Shown piece after piece: positions 44,379-54,789 of a DNA stretch of 64,000 nt. Each line of letters begins with the position of its first letter. The first letter of the stretch is position 1. Source of the DNA: Alphaproteobacteria bacterium. GTDB taxonomy: Bacteria > Pseudomonadota > Alphaproteobacteria > CAAHEQ01 > UBA3637. The stretch lies in assembly GCA_017453485.1 (NCBI GenBank), contig JAFTEW010000056.1, positions 5,141-69,140 of the forward strand, given 5' to 3'. The notes below the pieces were generated by a model. It was not told where the DNA came from and did not search any database. It was given only the letters and a program-made list of their open reading frames with translations. The position numbers were made by a program, and so were the translations under genes.

Positions 44379-46931
44379 CTATTCCCAATTTGAAACAAAC
44401 ATTGAACGTAGATTTTCAATTTTATCTGGCATCTTAGTCCTTCTTGATGTCAATCCCAAAAAGGTTGCAGCACGAGAAATACCAACATACAAGTATTTTT
44501 CAAAGATTCGTGGTTTAAGATCAGCCAATTCATCAACATCCATAAAGAAAGCAGCCTCAAACTCTAGTCCTTTAATATAGTCAATGCAAAATACCCGTAC
44601 GCTATGACCATTTCCTATAATGCGACCATTTTCACAAGCGTCAACCGCAATATTATTATGTTTTAATCTTTTATTCAGTTCATCAGCTAGCTTCTTAACC
44701 TTATCTTCGGTATTAACCAAAATTGCGATAGATGGAAGGGTTTCAATTTTTCGTTCTATCTCAATTATTCTTGTAGCCAACCAATCTGCTTGCTTTTCCA
44801 TGCTATCAAGCGAATATCCTGCCACAGGGTCAAGACGGTCATTATCTATGTATTTAGGTTGCTCGTATGAATCCACCCTTGCACCAATGATTTTTGTGGA
44901 AAGTTCAAAAAGTTGTTTACTCTGACGATAAGGGATTTTAATTTCCTCTATTTGTACCTGTTCTAGTGCCCATTTGAAGTCATCAACAGAAGAAACACCA
45001 ATTTCAGTTAATCGTTGGTTTATATCACCAGCCCCAAAGAAACACTTACTATTCTTCTGTAATAAATTGTCCATTATTGCAATTTGAACAGCCGAAAAAT
45101 CTGTAATTTCATCAACAAAAATCTGACGTCTCATTAAGGCTTCATCTAATTTATCCATTTTAAATGCTTTGTAGGCTTTAAAATAGGCTAAAATAACAAT
45201 ATCAAGTTCTGGGTAAGATATAGCTCTTGGATTAAAAGTATCTATATAATAATCCTTATTTAATCTTCTAAAAGATCTATAGTTTGTTTTTAGTGATGAT
45301 AGGTACCTTGATTTTGGATTTCTAAAATTTCTCAACAACTTTAACTCTTCAACTAAAGCTCCTATCTCATTCTTTTTATTATCTGGAATAATTTTATCAA
45401 ATTTTATAGTATTCCCGACAATGAAATTAAAACTTTTTTCTGAAATTTTTTTCTTTTTATAAAAGGTATAAGCAAGGTTCTGAACTGGTTCAATAAGATA
45501 TTTTTGTATAATTTCTTGTGGACTCAATGCAAAATAATTTTTTTCTTCTTCGTCGTCATCATCTCCAATATCTTCTGTATTACTAACGATTTTGTATTTG
45601 GAATCAATTTCATTTCTTAAATTAAAGAGAGACTCTTTGATAGTTTCTTTTTCCCATTTTAATCCATCTGTTAAGGCTTTCCCAACTATATTTTTTAATT
45701 GAGCTTGAATTTTTTGTAGTTTCTCAGAAACTTTTTCAAATATTTTTTCTAAATCATTGCATATCGAGACAATACGTGTATCTTGTGTAATACTCAAATA
45801 ACCTAACATATCCTTTATCTCAGGATCTTTCAGGTTCATAATATCCTTATGGGCAGTTGCTAACTTTGACAAAAACTCCTTATTTTGAAATTCAAAGAAA
45901 TTAATAAAAATATTTTTCTGATTTTCAGATGATTGAACTTTTATATAATTTTCATCGCTTAATTGGAATCCAGAACGTAAGGAAGTCTCTAAGAGCATTA
46001 GGTTATCACGTGCGATATTCCTGATAAAATCCTTCCATACAAATACATTCTCATCTGGAGCCGCAATATTTTCCCTACTAAAAGCTTCTTTTAAATAAAC
46101 CTTTAGTAATTCCGTAGGGGTAAACATATACCACGATTTATCCCCAGGTAATCTAGAATTTTCGTCATTTGAATCAAGATTTAGCCCCAATTTCTTTATT
46201 AAGGTTGTTGTTTTACCCGTACCTGGTGGCCCTAAAACAATAATTTTTATATCTGGGTCCTGCCTTTGTATTTTATCCTGAAATTTATCTAGGATTGGAT
46301 TATCTCTTAAACCCATACTTGAAATAACATCTTGCTTAATTTTGCCAGTAGTACTTTCATTAAATTCCTCTGAAAATGAAAATACATCAGAATCAACAGA
46401 TTGGAGTAGAGTGCGTAATGAAGAATGAGATGAAGCTGTTTCTTTAAAATACATTTTTGCTGATGCATCCCATTCTCCAGCAACTCTACGAGTATCAAAA
46501 GAATTTTTTTGTAAAATTTCATATTCTTCTGTACGCCGATCAAGTTCCACTTCATAAAAATCGCCTATATCCTGCGAAACTAACGATGCTTTTGGGACAT
46601 GGTCGTTTAATATTCCATTTTCAACATTTTCAATAGTAAAATTCAGAGAGGGCAATTCTCCCCCTCTTGTAATATAATACGTTTCTATCCTACCTGTATT
46701 ACAATTTTTTACTGTCACGCTTGCGTAAAAGGGGTGGCTTCGTGCCATTAACAACTGTTGCTCTTTGTCTCTTAATCTTTTATTGTTTGCTAGAATTTGT
46801 ATATCAGTAGGTCTATTTGCATAAACATCTGAAGAAAGTGTGGACATATTTTTTAGCTCAAGCGTTGCTAAATTTGAGACATGATCAGCAGATTTTAAGG
46901 CCTGATTTGCGATTTCCTTTTCATTTTGCAT
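44379..46931 (-). CDS. 850-aa Upf1/RecD-like superfamily-1 helicase / P-loop NTPase with a ~230-aa N-terminal domain of unknown function. Candidate anti-phage defense protein on an AT-rich islet.
   Basis: Walker A IIVLGPPGTGKTT. DExx-like FVDEITDF. C-terminal AAA_12/UvrD_C-like block VRVFCIDYIKGLEFEAAFFMDVDE...YVGISRAATFLGL. Markedly AT-richer than its flanks. Immediately 3' of a tRNA gene. Confidence 0.6.
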   Translation of the reverse strand: MQNEKEIANQALKSADHVSNLATLELKNMSTLSSDVYANRPTDIQILANNKRLRDKEQQLLMARSHPFYASVTVKNCNTGRIETYYITRGGELPSLNFTIENVENGILNDHVPKASLVSQDIGDFYEVELDRRTEEYEILQKNSFDTRRVAGEWDASAKMYFKETASSHSSLRTLLQSVDSDVFSFSEEFNESTTGKIKQDVISSMGLRDNPILDKFQDKIQRQDPDIKIIVLGPPGTGKTTTLIKKLGLNLDSNDENSRLPGDKSWYMFTPTELLKVYLKEAFSRENIAAPDENVFVWKDFIRNIARDNLMLLETSLRSGFQLSDENYIKVQSSENQKNIFINFFEFQNKEFLSKLATAHKDIMNLKDPEIKDMLGYLSITQDTRIVSICNDLEKIFEKVSEKLQKIQAQLKNIVGKALTDGLKWEKETIKESLFNLRNEIDSKYKIVSNTEDIGDDDDEEEKNYFALSPQEIIQKYLIEPVQNLAYTFYKKKKISEKSFNFIVGNTIKFDKIIPDNKKNEIGALVEELKLLRNFRNPKSRYLSSLKTNYRSFRRLNKDYYIDTFNPRAISYPELDIVILAYFKAYKAFKMDKLDEALMRRQIFVDEITDFSAVQIAIMDNLLQKNSKCFFGAGDINQRLTEIGVSSVDDFKWALEQVQIEEIKIPYRQSKQLFELSTKIIGARVDSYEQPKYIDNDRLDPVAGYSLDSMEKQADWLATRIIEIERKIETLPSIAILVNTEDKVKKLADELNKRLKHNNIAVDACENGRIIGNGHSVRVFCIDYIKGLEFEAAFFMDVDELADLKPRIFEKYLYVGISRAATFLGLTSRRTKMPDKIENLRSMFVSNWE

Positions 46932-47138
46932 AGGCAGACAAGCTCCATCTTAAGAAGATTATACGGTGATTATATCATACTATGCTGGGTAAGACAAGAA
47001 AAAAATAGACCCTATAACTTTTTACAAAAGTTTTTCCCCTGGGGAAAAAAGTTAAAACAGGTTTTGGATTTGTAAGACCAATTCTTTTAACTCGGCTGAA
47101 TGGGTTGCCCGATATCCGCTAACTACCTGCCATCAAAA

Positions 47139-47723
47139 TTACTCGTGTTCTTTTTCCCAATCGGATCTTAATTTAGCCCAAATATTCGTATCCCGTAACC
47201 GTCCGTGATATTCATCCCAGGCATCCTGCCGCATAACACCTTCCAACGCATAGCCGCATCTCTCCGAAACATGAGCCGATCGCAAATTACGTGTGTCGTT
47301 TTTTATGATAATACGGTTTATTCCGGCCTTAAATGCTTCGCTTTCCAAGGCATGAACAGCCTCCTGCATATATCCGTGTCCGACAGCCGTATTTGCCAAC
47401 CAATAGCCGATCTCACCAGACTTGTCCGTCCATGAAATATGACAAATATCCACACAACCCAAAATTTGCTCAGAATCCTTTTTCGTAATAGCATAAGCAA
47501 ATCCGACCTCTGCCTCCCAATGAGCTTGACACCACTCCACCAAATAATGCGTGTATTCGTCTTCGGCCGAGTGTGTTTTATCCGGCCAAGGGAGCCAGAC
47601 CCTCAATTGCTCCCGGGATTGATCTGCCACATCATACAGATTTTGTGCCAATTGAAAAGAGGGTTTATTTAATCCTTTTAACATAATGCGTTTTGCTTCA
47701 ATTTGTTCCGGTAGTTTCATCAT
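47139..47723 (-). CDS. GNAT-family N-acetyltransferase (RimJ/RimL-like)
   Basis: GNAT motif-A-like segment ILGCVDICHISWTDKSGEIGYWL...GHGYMQEAV. Confidence 0.65.
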   Translation of the reverse strand: MMKLPEQIEAKRIMLKGLNKPSFQLAQNLYDVADQSREQLRVWLPWPDKTHSAEDEYTHYLVEWCQAHWEAEVGFAYAITKKDSEQILGCVDICHISWTDKSGEIGYWLANTAVGHGYMQEAVHALESEAFKAGINRIIIKNDTRNLRSAHVSERCGYALEGVMRQDAWDEYHGRLRDTNIWAKLRSDWEKEHE

Positions 47724-47729
47724 ATCCTC

Positions 47730-48443
47730 CTATTCAAATTTCATATCCTGAATACGCTTTTCGGCAGCCTTAAAATATGTCGGATCCAATTCAATTCCGA
47801 TAAATCGCCGTTTGTTTTTCAATGCTGCCACACCGGTTGATCCGACCCCCATAAACATATCCAAAACAACATCATCGGGATTGCTGGCAATTTTAATAAT
47901 ATGCTCTAACACAGCCAACGGTTTTTGGGTCGGATGCTTGGGATTTTGCAACCGTTCTTTACCGGCACAGATGGGGGCCTCAATAAAGTTATGCATTTCC
48001 GTTTGTTTCCCGAAATGCCAAGTATGCCCCTTATTCCAAAGACAGACAATCAATTCACAACTGTTTAAAAACGAGGCCTTACGAATACACGGTATCGGGT
48101 TGGTTTTATGCCATACCATAAACTGAAACGTATCAAATTCAGCATTGAAGGCTTCATGAAACTTTCCGATTAAATTATAGCTGCAAAAGATGAAGATATT
48201 ACCTTTCGGGGTTAAAATGCGTTTAAACTCAGACACCAAATCGGCCGGGTTTAAAACTTTTTTATCCCAATCTGCCACATCATTATTAACACGTCCCCGC
48301 CACCCAAATGTCATGTTGCCGGTGCTGTAATTGGCCAGGTTATACGGTGGATCACACAGGATTAAATCCACGGAATGATCTGGTATTTTTTTCATTTTTT
48401 CAAAGCAATCACCTTGCCATAATTGAATTTTTTTAACCGTCAT
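47730..48443 (-). CDS. Beta-class DNA methyltransferase (N6-adenine or N4-cytosine). Appears orphan.
   Basis: Motif IV LILCDPPYN precedes motif I FMGVGSTG at the C-terminus (beta-class permutation). 237 aa. No neighbouring restriction-endonuclease-like ORF. Confidence 0.75.
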   Translation of the reverse strand: MTVKKIQLWQGDCFEKMKKIPDHSVDLILCDPPYNLANYSTGNMTFGWRGRVNNDVADWDKKVLNPADLVSEFKRILTPKGNIFIFCSYNLIGKFHEAFNAEFDTFQFMVWHKTNPIPCIRKASFLNSCELIVCLWNKGHTWHFGKQTEMHNFIEAPICAGKERLQNPKHPTQKPLAVLEHIIKIASNPDDVVLDMFMGVGSTGVAALKNKRRFIGIELDPTYFKAAEKRIQDMKFE

Positions 48444-49389
48444 CCCGATTCATTTCCTTTATTTTTTCGGCAATTTCAAAGGCGGGATTAAGCGTTCCTT
48501 TCGGGGCTATTCCTTCTTGCCCCAACGGAACGGCATATCCTTCCCGATAGAGCGTTTGATGAAATCGTTTATGTTTCGGACTCATCATTTGATCCGGTGC
48601 AAATATATGAACCGGCACACCGGTTGCACAACATTCCGAACACATAGACATTGAATCTCCCGTCACTACAATTTCATCGGCACAGGCCAACAACCCGAAA
48701 TAGGGATTTTCCGTTTTATCCCCAAACCGATAGAAAAAGAACGGCTGTGGCAACGTGTTTGCCAATGTTTGCACGACTTCATTCGGTGTTCGCCGGGATG
48801 TCGTCACTAAAATTGACGCCGGCTTCAACGCCTGAACACCAGCCACTAAATCATGAGCCATTTCAATCGTAAAGGGATTGTTTTTGGTTGCCCCCCCCAC
48901 AATCAGCGACAGGCGCCTGTGCGGATAATCCCGAAAGACGGGTTCCCATTTTTGCCTTTCCTGAATCAAGCGTGCCCGCGATACCCGATGGGGCGTTCCC
49001 GTCACGACCAGTACATTTTTACTTTTTCCCTGATAACCATCATGCGCCGGCAAAACAACCAAAGATGCTTCCTTAAAACCGGCACATCCCGGGTTCATCA
49101 ACTGAACAATGCGTGTCCGATTACCGGATTGTTTCCGAATATACCGCGCCACGGGGAAAGAACGCCGACCGGCGCTTAACACAACATCCGGCCAGGGACC
49201 CTTTATTTTATTTCGAGATTCTGCATCAAGGCCAATTAAACTTTTTCCCCGAACCAGGTTCGGCAATTTAATCCACCTGTCATAACGAATATCAATCCGT
49301 TCAAAGGGTTCACCCAATGCTTCGGCGATACCCAATAACTGATTAACATTTCCGGCCCGATCATCGGCTAATATCCAAACATTGGTCAT
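48433..49389 (-). CDS. ELM1/DUF1022-family protein (mitochondrial-fission ELM1-like putative glycosyltransferase)
   Basis: Length and scattered motifs (NVWILADDRAGN..., ...VVTGDSMSMCSEC) resemble the alphaproteobacterial ELM1-like family. Tentative. Confidence 0.45.
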   Translation of the reverse strand: MTNVWILADDRAGNVNQLLGIAEALGEPFERIDIRYDRWIKLPNLVRGKSLIGLDAESRNKIKGPWPDVVLSAGRRSFPVARYIRKQSGNRTRIVQLMNPGCAGFKEASLVVLPAHDGYQGKSKNVLVVTGTPHRVSRARLIQERQKWEPVFRDYPHRRLSLIVGGATKNNPFTIEMAHDLVAGVQALKPASILVTTSRRTPNEVVQTLANTLPQPFFFYRFGDKTENPYFGLLACADEIVVTGDSMSMCSECCATGVPVHIFAPDQMMSPKHKRFHQTLYREGYAVPLGQEGIAPKGTLNPAFEIAEKIKEMNRDDG

Positions 49390-50147
49390 TATCTCACCCC
49401 ATAAATTTCAGGATAAATTTTCTTAAATCCGGTACCATGTCCCGCTCCCGGCACAATCACCACCGTATCCGCCGGCGCAAAATCAAGCACCAATTCCGGT
49501 GGCACATTGGTATCTTTTTCCCCGACATAGTGTCGTTGAGGAATTTTTTGGAAAACCTCTTTCTTGTCACCTAGATTCAATGATTCGGACAGGGGACTAT
49601 CCCCGTGATATTTAGCCCAGGCTACTTGATCCAACACACCGGAAACTGTTACAATCTGTTTAATTCGTTCCGGATGGCGCACGGCAATCAAACCCGCCAT
49701 TTGCGCCCCTCCTGAAAAGCCAATCAAGATGATTTTATTCGTTTTTGCTTTTTTCATCAATGCCTTAATAGTCATATCCATGCTGTTTACATTGGCTTCC
49801 GAAAAACGGGCCGTTGTCCAGTCAGATACGTCACACCCCCCTTGATAGTATTGGCAAGGCCGCCCAACATAGGCCACATTCGGGGACGGGTCATCGGCCG
49901 CCAAACGCCGGACGAAATCCCCGGACGGTGTCGGATTATCGGTCGGCAGACCATTCCTGTCAAAAGCATTTCCATCCCCCTCAATATAGATTTTCAACGG
50001 GGCTCCCGGTTCTTCTATCTTATACCAATTAGCGATTACATGTGGTGGAGCCGGTGTCATCTGAAAACTCATATCAGACAAAGGGTTACGATAACTGCAC
50101 GCCCCCAATCCGAATAACACGAATATCAATAAAAATTTCTTCATACA
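49389..50147 (-). CDS. Lipoprotein alpha/beta-hydrolase
   Basis: Internal start MKKFLLIFVLFGLGACS (lipobox). GFSGG nucleophile elbow. The track ORF extends upstream to 50303, which is probably not translated. Confidence 0.55.
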   Translation of the reverse strand, partial: CMKKFLLIFVLFGLGACSYRNPLSDMSFQMTPAPPHVIANWYKIEEPGAPLKIYIEGDGNAFDRNGLPTDNPTPSGDFVRRLAADDPSPNVAYVGRPCQYYQGGCDVSDWTTARFSEANVNSMDMTIKALMKKAKTNKIILIGFSGGAQMAGLIAVRHPERIKQIVTVSGVLDQVAWAKYHGDSPLSESLNLGDKKEVFQKIPQRHYVGEKDTNVPPELVLDFAPADTVVIVPGAGHGTGFKKIYPEIYGVR

Positions 50148-50320
50148 TCCGTTATACCAAAAATCCCCCCGCTTGACAAGACTGAATTTTCGGATTATGT
50201 TTTTCTTGTAAACAATTTTCAGGAAGGGGGGATTTTCATGCCGGGTTGTGGTTGCGGAACAAAGAAGAAATAAGCTTTTATTTCTTTGACAACACTCTGC
50301 CATACAGGCGGGGTGTTTTT

Positions 50321-51073
50321 TTAAACATGATGTTTCTTTTTAAACCGGCGTCGAGCCAATTTCATCGGGATAAACCCGGCCAATAGGCGAAATACCCACG
50401 TATGTATTCGTTTTCCCAACGAATGATTAAGGCGATAGCCTTTAAAAAATTTATTTAGAACTGCTGTATCAACCGAATAATCATATCCACCCGGTTTTTT
50501 ACGCTTATAGTCAAAAGTCATCACCGTCACATTCGCGCAAGGATGACTCCTTTGAACAGGGCCTTTATTATTCACCAAATAGAGGACATGAACTTCCTGA
50601 TTGGGAAAAGCCCGACATAAAACCTGATACCCGGAAATAATTCGGTTGGTATCTTCTTTGGGATGATCAGTCGTCGGCGACTCCATATAAACCGCCAAAA
50701 CCGTCTTTGATAACTGAATTTTTTGATATAGGCGATTTATCCGACGACGGTATTTTTCCCGAACCAGAGGTAATCCCTCTTCAAATGAGAGTCCGACCGG
50801 AAAATCATGATGAAAGACAATACCCGTCTTCTGATCCCGATAAACATGGCATGGATTTTCTGGATCTCCATTTTCGGTATTCATGTCCACCAAATGCTCA
50901 ACGACCAAAAAATCTTTAAAATGATTGGCAACAAAGCGGGCATTTTGTTCCAACCCCGCACAAAGCAACCAATCAAAAGGGAAACTGGCAAATTGTAAAT
51001 TTGACCGACGCAATGCTTCGGAACAGGCACATCTTTCCCCGATTGAGAAAATAAAATCATATTTTTTCTTCAT
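50321..51073 (-). CDS. Hypothetical protein (possible DUF1796-like)
   Basis: 250 aa, no signal peptide. Tentative family guess only. Confidence 0.4.
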   Translation of the reverse strand: MKKKYDFIFSIGERCACSEALRRSNLQFASFPFDWLLCAGLEQNARFVANHFKDFLVVEHLVDMNTENGDPENPCHVYRDQKTGIVFHHDFPVGLSFEEGLPLVREKYRRRINRLYQKIQLSKTVLAVYMESPTTDHPKEDTNRIISGYQVLCRAFPNQEVHVLYLVNNKGPVQRSHPCANVTVMTFDYKRKKPGGYDYSVDTAVLNKFFKGYRLNHSLGKRIHTWVFRLLAGFIPMKLARRRFKKKHHV

Positions 51074-51117
51074 ACAACTGTTATATGCCTATTTTTCCCT
51101 TTTTGCAAGCCTCCTTT

Positions 51118-51867
51118 TCAGACTTGCTTTTTATGTTTATGTAATTTGTTGCGAATTTTATCTGCGGACAAAGCACTATCGGCTTGAAACCATCCGGCTG
51201 ATTGTTGTGCTTTATTTTTCTTGATATTCGTGCTCTCTGTCGGTGCTGTTTCCGTCTCGGGCAAAACGACATCCTCCCCCGGTTGCCAATCTGCCGGCGT
51301 CGATACCCCAAATTCATCCGTTGTTTGCAGGCTGATCAAAATTCGCATAATTTCCGCAAAGTTTCGACCAGTTGTCGTCGGATAATACAGAATAGTTCGA
51401 ATAATACCATCCGGATCAATGAAAAAGACGGCTCGAACCGTTTTTGTTTCACTGGCTTCGGGGTGCAACATTCCGTATCGGCGAGCAATTGTTTGGGATA
51501 AATCTGCTATCAAGGGAAAACGGATATTGATATTTTTAAGCCCCCGAAATTTAATTTGTTCCTGAATAGCATACAGCCATGCTACATGGCTTGATAAACT
51601 GTCCACCGATAACCCGATCAATTCCGTATTCAAATTCCGACATTCCTCTACCAAGCGTGAAAAAGCCATAAATTCCGAGGTGCAGACCGGTGTAAAATCA
51701 GATGAATGACTAAACAAAATTACCCATTTACCGGTATAGTCCCTGGGAAAATGAATAGTACCCTGTGTTGTTTCGGCATCAAATGCCGGTGCCGAATCAC
51801 CGATTAGGGGCAGATGTCCGAATGATTTGGCAGAATCAGATTTATTGATAGGGTGTTGATTAGTCAT
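51118..51867 (-). CDS. Peroxiredoxin (1-Cys Prx / Prx6-like) with basic C-terminal tail
   Basis: Peroxidatic Cys motif FTPVCTSE. About 30-aa K/H-rich C-terminal extension. Confidence 0.85.
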   Translation of the reverse strand: MTNQHPINKSDSAKSFGHLPLIGDSAPAFDAETTQGTIHFPRDYTGKWVILFSHSSDFTPVCTSEFMAFSRLVEECRNLNTELIGLSVDSLSSHVAWLYAIQEQIKFRGLKNINIRFPLIADLSQTIARRYGMLHPEASETKTVRAVFFIDPDGIIRTILYYPTTTGRNFAEIMRILISLQTTDEFGVSTPADWQPGEDVVLPETETAPTESTNIKKNKAQQSAGWFQADSALSADKIRNKLHKHKKQV

Positions 51868-52067
51868 TTTTACTCCTTAATTTTTTACTCTAAACTAAAT
51901 GGATATAGTCAAAAGAGGGGACAAGATGCCCTTTGGACTATATAAAAAAACATTATTTTTCAATTAGTTTTAATAAATATGACATATTTATGACATTTTT
52001 GTTGCATTTTTATGTCAAATGGCGTAAGATAACTTTGTTTTAATTTTTGAAAAAGGAGTTTTAAAAA

Positions 52068-53315
52068 ATGAAACGAATTTCTAAATATCTGGTCGGATTG
52101 GCCGTTTTGGCAATGACAGCCCCTGCTTTGGCCGGTGGCTATCAATTAAATGATTATTCCGTCACCGGATTGGGCCGGTCCTATGCCGGTCAAGGTATCA
52201 TGGGCGATGATTATTCTGCCATTGCATTTAACCCGGCCGGGATGACGTTGATGAAACGGTCCGGTGTTCAACAATCATTTTCCATGATTAATTTAAAGGC
52301 CGATTTGCGTGGTGTCGGAGCCCATGCCGGTGAAAAAGCCAAAATGGATTTTTGGCAACCGATTCCGGCCGGTTTTGCCCAATATAATGTCAACGATCGT
52401 TTGTCGCTGGGATTGGGTATTTACGCTCCTTATGGCTTAAAAACAGAATATAAAGCCAACTGGTTCGGCTCGAATGCGGCCATTTTATCCAAGTTGGACA
52501 TTGTTGATTTCAATCTGTCCGCAGCCTATAAAATCGATGATCATTGGTCTGTGGGGGCCAGCGCTATTTTGCGTTATATTTACGGTCGGATGACACAATC
52601 CGTTCCGTTGATGTTGCCTGTCCGGGGAAGTTTACAACCTGCCGGTGGCGGAGAAATTAATTTTAACGTGCATGGTTGGACACAAACAGCTGCCCTGGGT
52701 GCCATGTATGAAGTTGATAAAAACACCCGTTTCGGACTATCCTATCGGTTACGGTCGGCACAACGGGCCAAAGGATTATTCAAAGTATCGGGTAATAATT
52801 TACAGATATTAAACGGGGTGACAGATGTTCATGCCAACCCGGACTTACCGGAAACGATAACATTTTCGGCCTATCATCGGTATAAAGACATCGGTTTTTC
52901 CGGAACTGCCCGGTGGACACACTGGACATCTTCTTTCCCGAACTTTACAATTCGGGCCAATTCCCCCTTGCTGCAAAACGGTGAAAAAAACACGGATTAT
53001 CGCTATCAAAACACTTGGACTTTGACAGCAGGGGCCGATTATTACTATAATAAAAACTGGACATTCCGTTTAGGTGGCGGTTGGGATGAAAGCCCGACAC
53101 ACAAACCTGAACGGCGGACCATTCGGATTCCCGATAACGATCGTTGGTGGATGAGCGTTGGGGCCAGTTATATTCGTGATAATTGGCAATTGGATGTTGC
53201 CTATGCTCACATGATCGGTAAAACCGGCTTAGCTATGGAGGATACCTCTGTTCAAGCCAAATACAAAAACATGCAATCACATATTTTGGGTATTCAGGTT
53301 CAATACAAATTCTAA
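52068..53315 (+). CDS. FadL/TodX-family outer-membrane hydrophobic-compound transporter
   Basis: Signal peptide. The N-terminal GYQLNDYSVTGLGRSYAG and a C-terminal F are typical of the FadL family. Confidence 0.75.
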   Translation: MKRISKYLVGLAVLAMTAPALAGGYQLNDYSVTGLGRSYAGQGIMGDDYSAIAFNPAGMTLMKRSGVQQSFSMINLKADLRGVGAHAGEKAKMDFWQPIPAGFAQYNVNDRLSLGLGIYAPYGLKTEYKANWFGSNAAILSKLDIVDFNLSAAYKIDDHWSVGASAILRYIYGRMTQSVPLMLPVRGSLQPAGGGEINFNVHGWTQTAALGAMYEVDKNTRFGLSYRLRSAQRAKGLFKVSGNNLQILNGVTDVHANPDLPETITFSAYHRYKDIGFSGTARWTHWTSSFPNFTIRANSPLLQNGEKNTDYRYQNTWTLTAGADYYYNKNWTFRLGGGWDESPTHKPERRTIRIPDNDRWWMSVGASYIRDNWQLDVAYAHMIGKTGLAMEDTSVQAKYKNMQSHILGIQVQYKF

Positions 53316-53326
53316 CCGATTATCAG

Positions 53327-53358
53327 AAAACCCCCGCTGAAAAAGCGGGGGTTTTCAT
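53327..53358. terminator. Bidirectional intrinsic terminator between the FadL-like gene and the response regulator gene
   Basis: AAAACCCCCGC tgaaaaa GCGGGGGTTTT. An 11-bp stem flanked by A/T runs on both sides. Confidence 0.7.
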
Positions 53359-54050
53359 TATTCTTCTTTCAAATCCATTGCATACCCGGCAGATCGAACC
53401 GTGCGGATTAAATCCTTTTCTCCGCCGGCATTTAACGCATTTCTTAATCGTTTAATATGCACATCAACGGTGCGTAATTCCACATAGATAGAGCCACCCC
53501 ATACGGATTTTAATAAATACTCTCGTGACAGAACATCACCGGGCTTTTCCATCAGGAACTGCAATAACCGAAATTCAGTCGGTCCCAAATGAACATCTCG
53601 ATTACCCCGCGTCACCCGACGCTTGGCAAAATCAATAGTCATATCTTGAAAAGTTTTCACTTCACTTTGGATCGGTGCCGGTATGGCCCGCCGCAACAGT
53701 GCACCAATCCGCGCAATCAGCTCCGGCACAGAGAAAGGTTTTGTCACATAGTCATCCGCACCAAAGGATAATCCCTTAACTTTATCGGCTTCATCACCCC
53801 GGGCAGTCAGCATAATAATCGGTGTTAAACGTAAATCATAGATTTTGCGCATCTCGCGGCACAGATCTATACCGGCCACATTCGGCAACATCCAATCTAA
53901 TAAAATCAAATCCGGTTTTTCCAGCAGAGCTGTCTGAATCACTTCCCGGCCATCCATAACTGTCGCTGTTTCATATCCCTGTTTTTCCAGATTATATTTC
54001 AAAAGTGTCACCAATCCGGCTTCATCTTCAACAATCAAAATTTTAGTCAT
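53358..54050 (-). CDS. OmpR/PhoB-family response regulator
   Basis: Receiver domain (MTKILIVEDE...LILLDWMLP). Winged-helix C-domain. Confidence 0.85.
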   Translation of the reverse strand: MTKILIVEDEAGLVTLLKYNLEKQGYETATVMDGREVIQTALLEKPDLILLDWMLPNVAGIDLCREMRKIYDLRLTPIIMLTARGDEADKVKGLSFGADDYVTKPFSVPELIARIGALLRRAIPAPIQSEVKTFQDMTIDFAKRRVTRGNRDVHLGPTEFRLLQFLMEKPGDVLSREYLLKSVWGGSIYVELRTVDVHIKRLRNALNAGGEKDLIRTVRSAGYAMDLKEE

Positions 54051-54684
54051 ACCTTAACCTTTCTATTGCTTGTGCATAATTTTTCTGTTTCAAGATAGCC
54101 GTTCCTGCCACCAAAATATCGGCACCGGCCAGCCGACAAGCCGGAGCCGTCACATTATTTATACCGCCGTCAACTGAAATCCGAACCGACTTCTTTCCGA
54201 TTAACTCTTTCAGGGCGGCTATCTTTTCTAATGCCTGTTTTTGGAAAGTCTGTCCACCAAAACCCGGCTCTACCGACATAACCAAAACCAAATCAATCAT
54301 CGGCAAAAACGGAATAAGGCGACTGACATTTGTGCCGGGCCGCAAAGATAGCCCCACCCGCCGTCTTTGCTTGCGTATCAACGAAATGGTTTCGGCAATG
54401 TTTGTATCGGCTTCAACATGAAAAGTAATCCAATCGGCTCCGGCTTGACAAAACGCTTCAACAAATTGGTCTGGATAAGCCACCATCAAATGCACATCAA
54501 ACGGGATATCCGAATGCGAACGAACAGCCCGCACAACATCCGGTCCGAAAGTCAGATTCGGCACAAAATGGCCATCCATAATATCCAAATGCAACGCATC
54601 CGCTCCGGCCCGGGTTAATTTTTTTACTTCCGTTCCCAATTTTGAAAAATCGGCAGCCAATAGGCTGGGGGCTATTTGAACCAT
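54043..54684 (-). CDS. rpe: Ribulose-phosphate 3-epimerase
   Basis: PSLLAADF...LHLDIMDGHFVPNLTFGP. Confidence 0.9.
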   Translation of the reverse strand: MVQIAPSLLAADFSKLGTEVKKLTRAGADALHLDIMDGHFVPNLTFGPDVVRAVRSHSDIPFDVHLMVAYPDQFVEAFCQAGADWITFHVEADTNIAETISLIRKQRRRVGLSLRPGTNVSRLIPFLPMIDLVLVMSVEPGFGGQTFQKQALEKIAALKELIGKKSVRISVDGGINNVTAPACRLAGADILVAGTAILKQKNYAQAIERLRYD

Positions 54685-54789
54685 CTTGCATCTCCTTTTT
54701 ACTCAATATAAAGCATTTTGAATATAAATGCAAAGATTTATTTGGCATTCGATTGCGGAATACCCATATCTTTCCCAAAGGAGGCTTGT

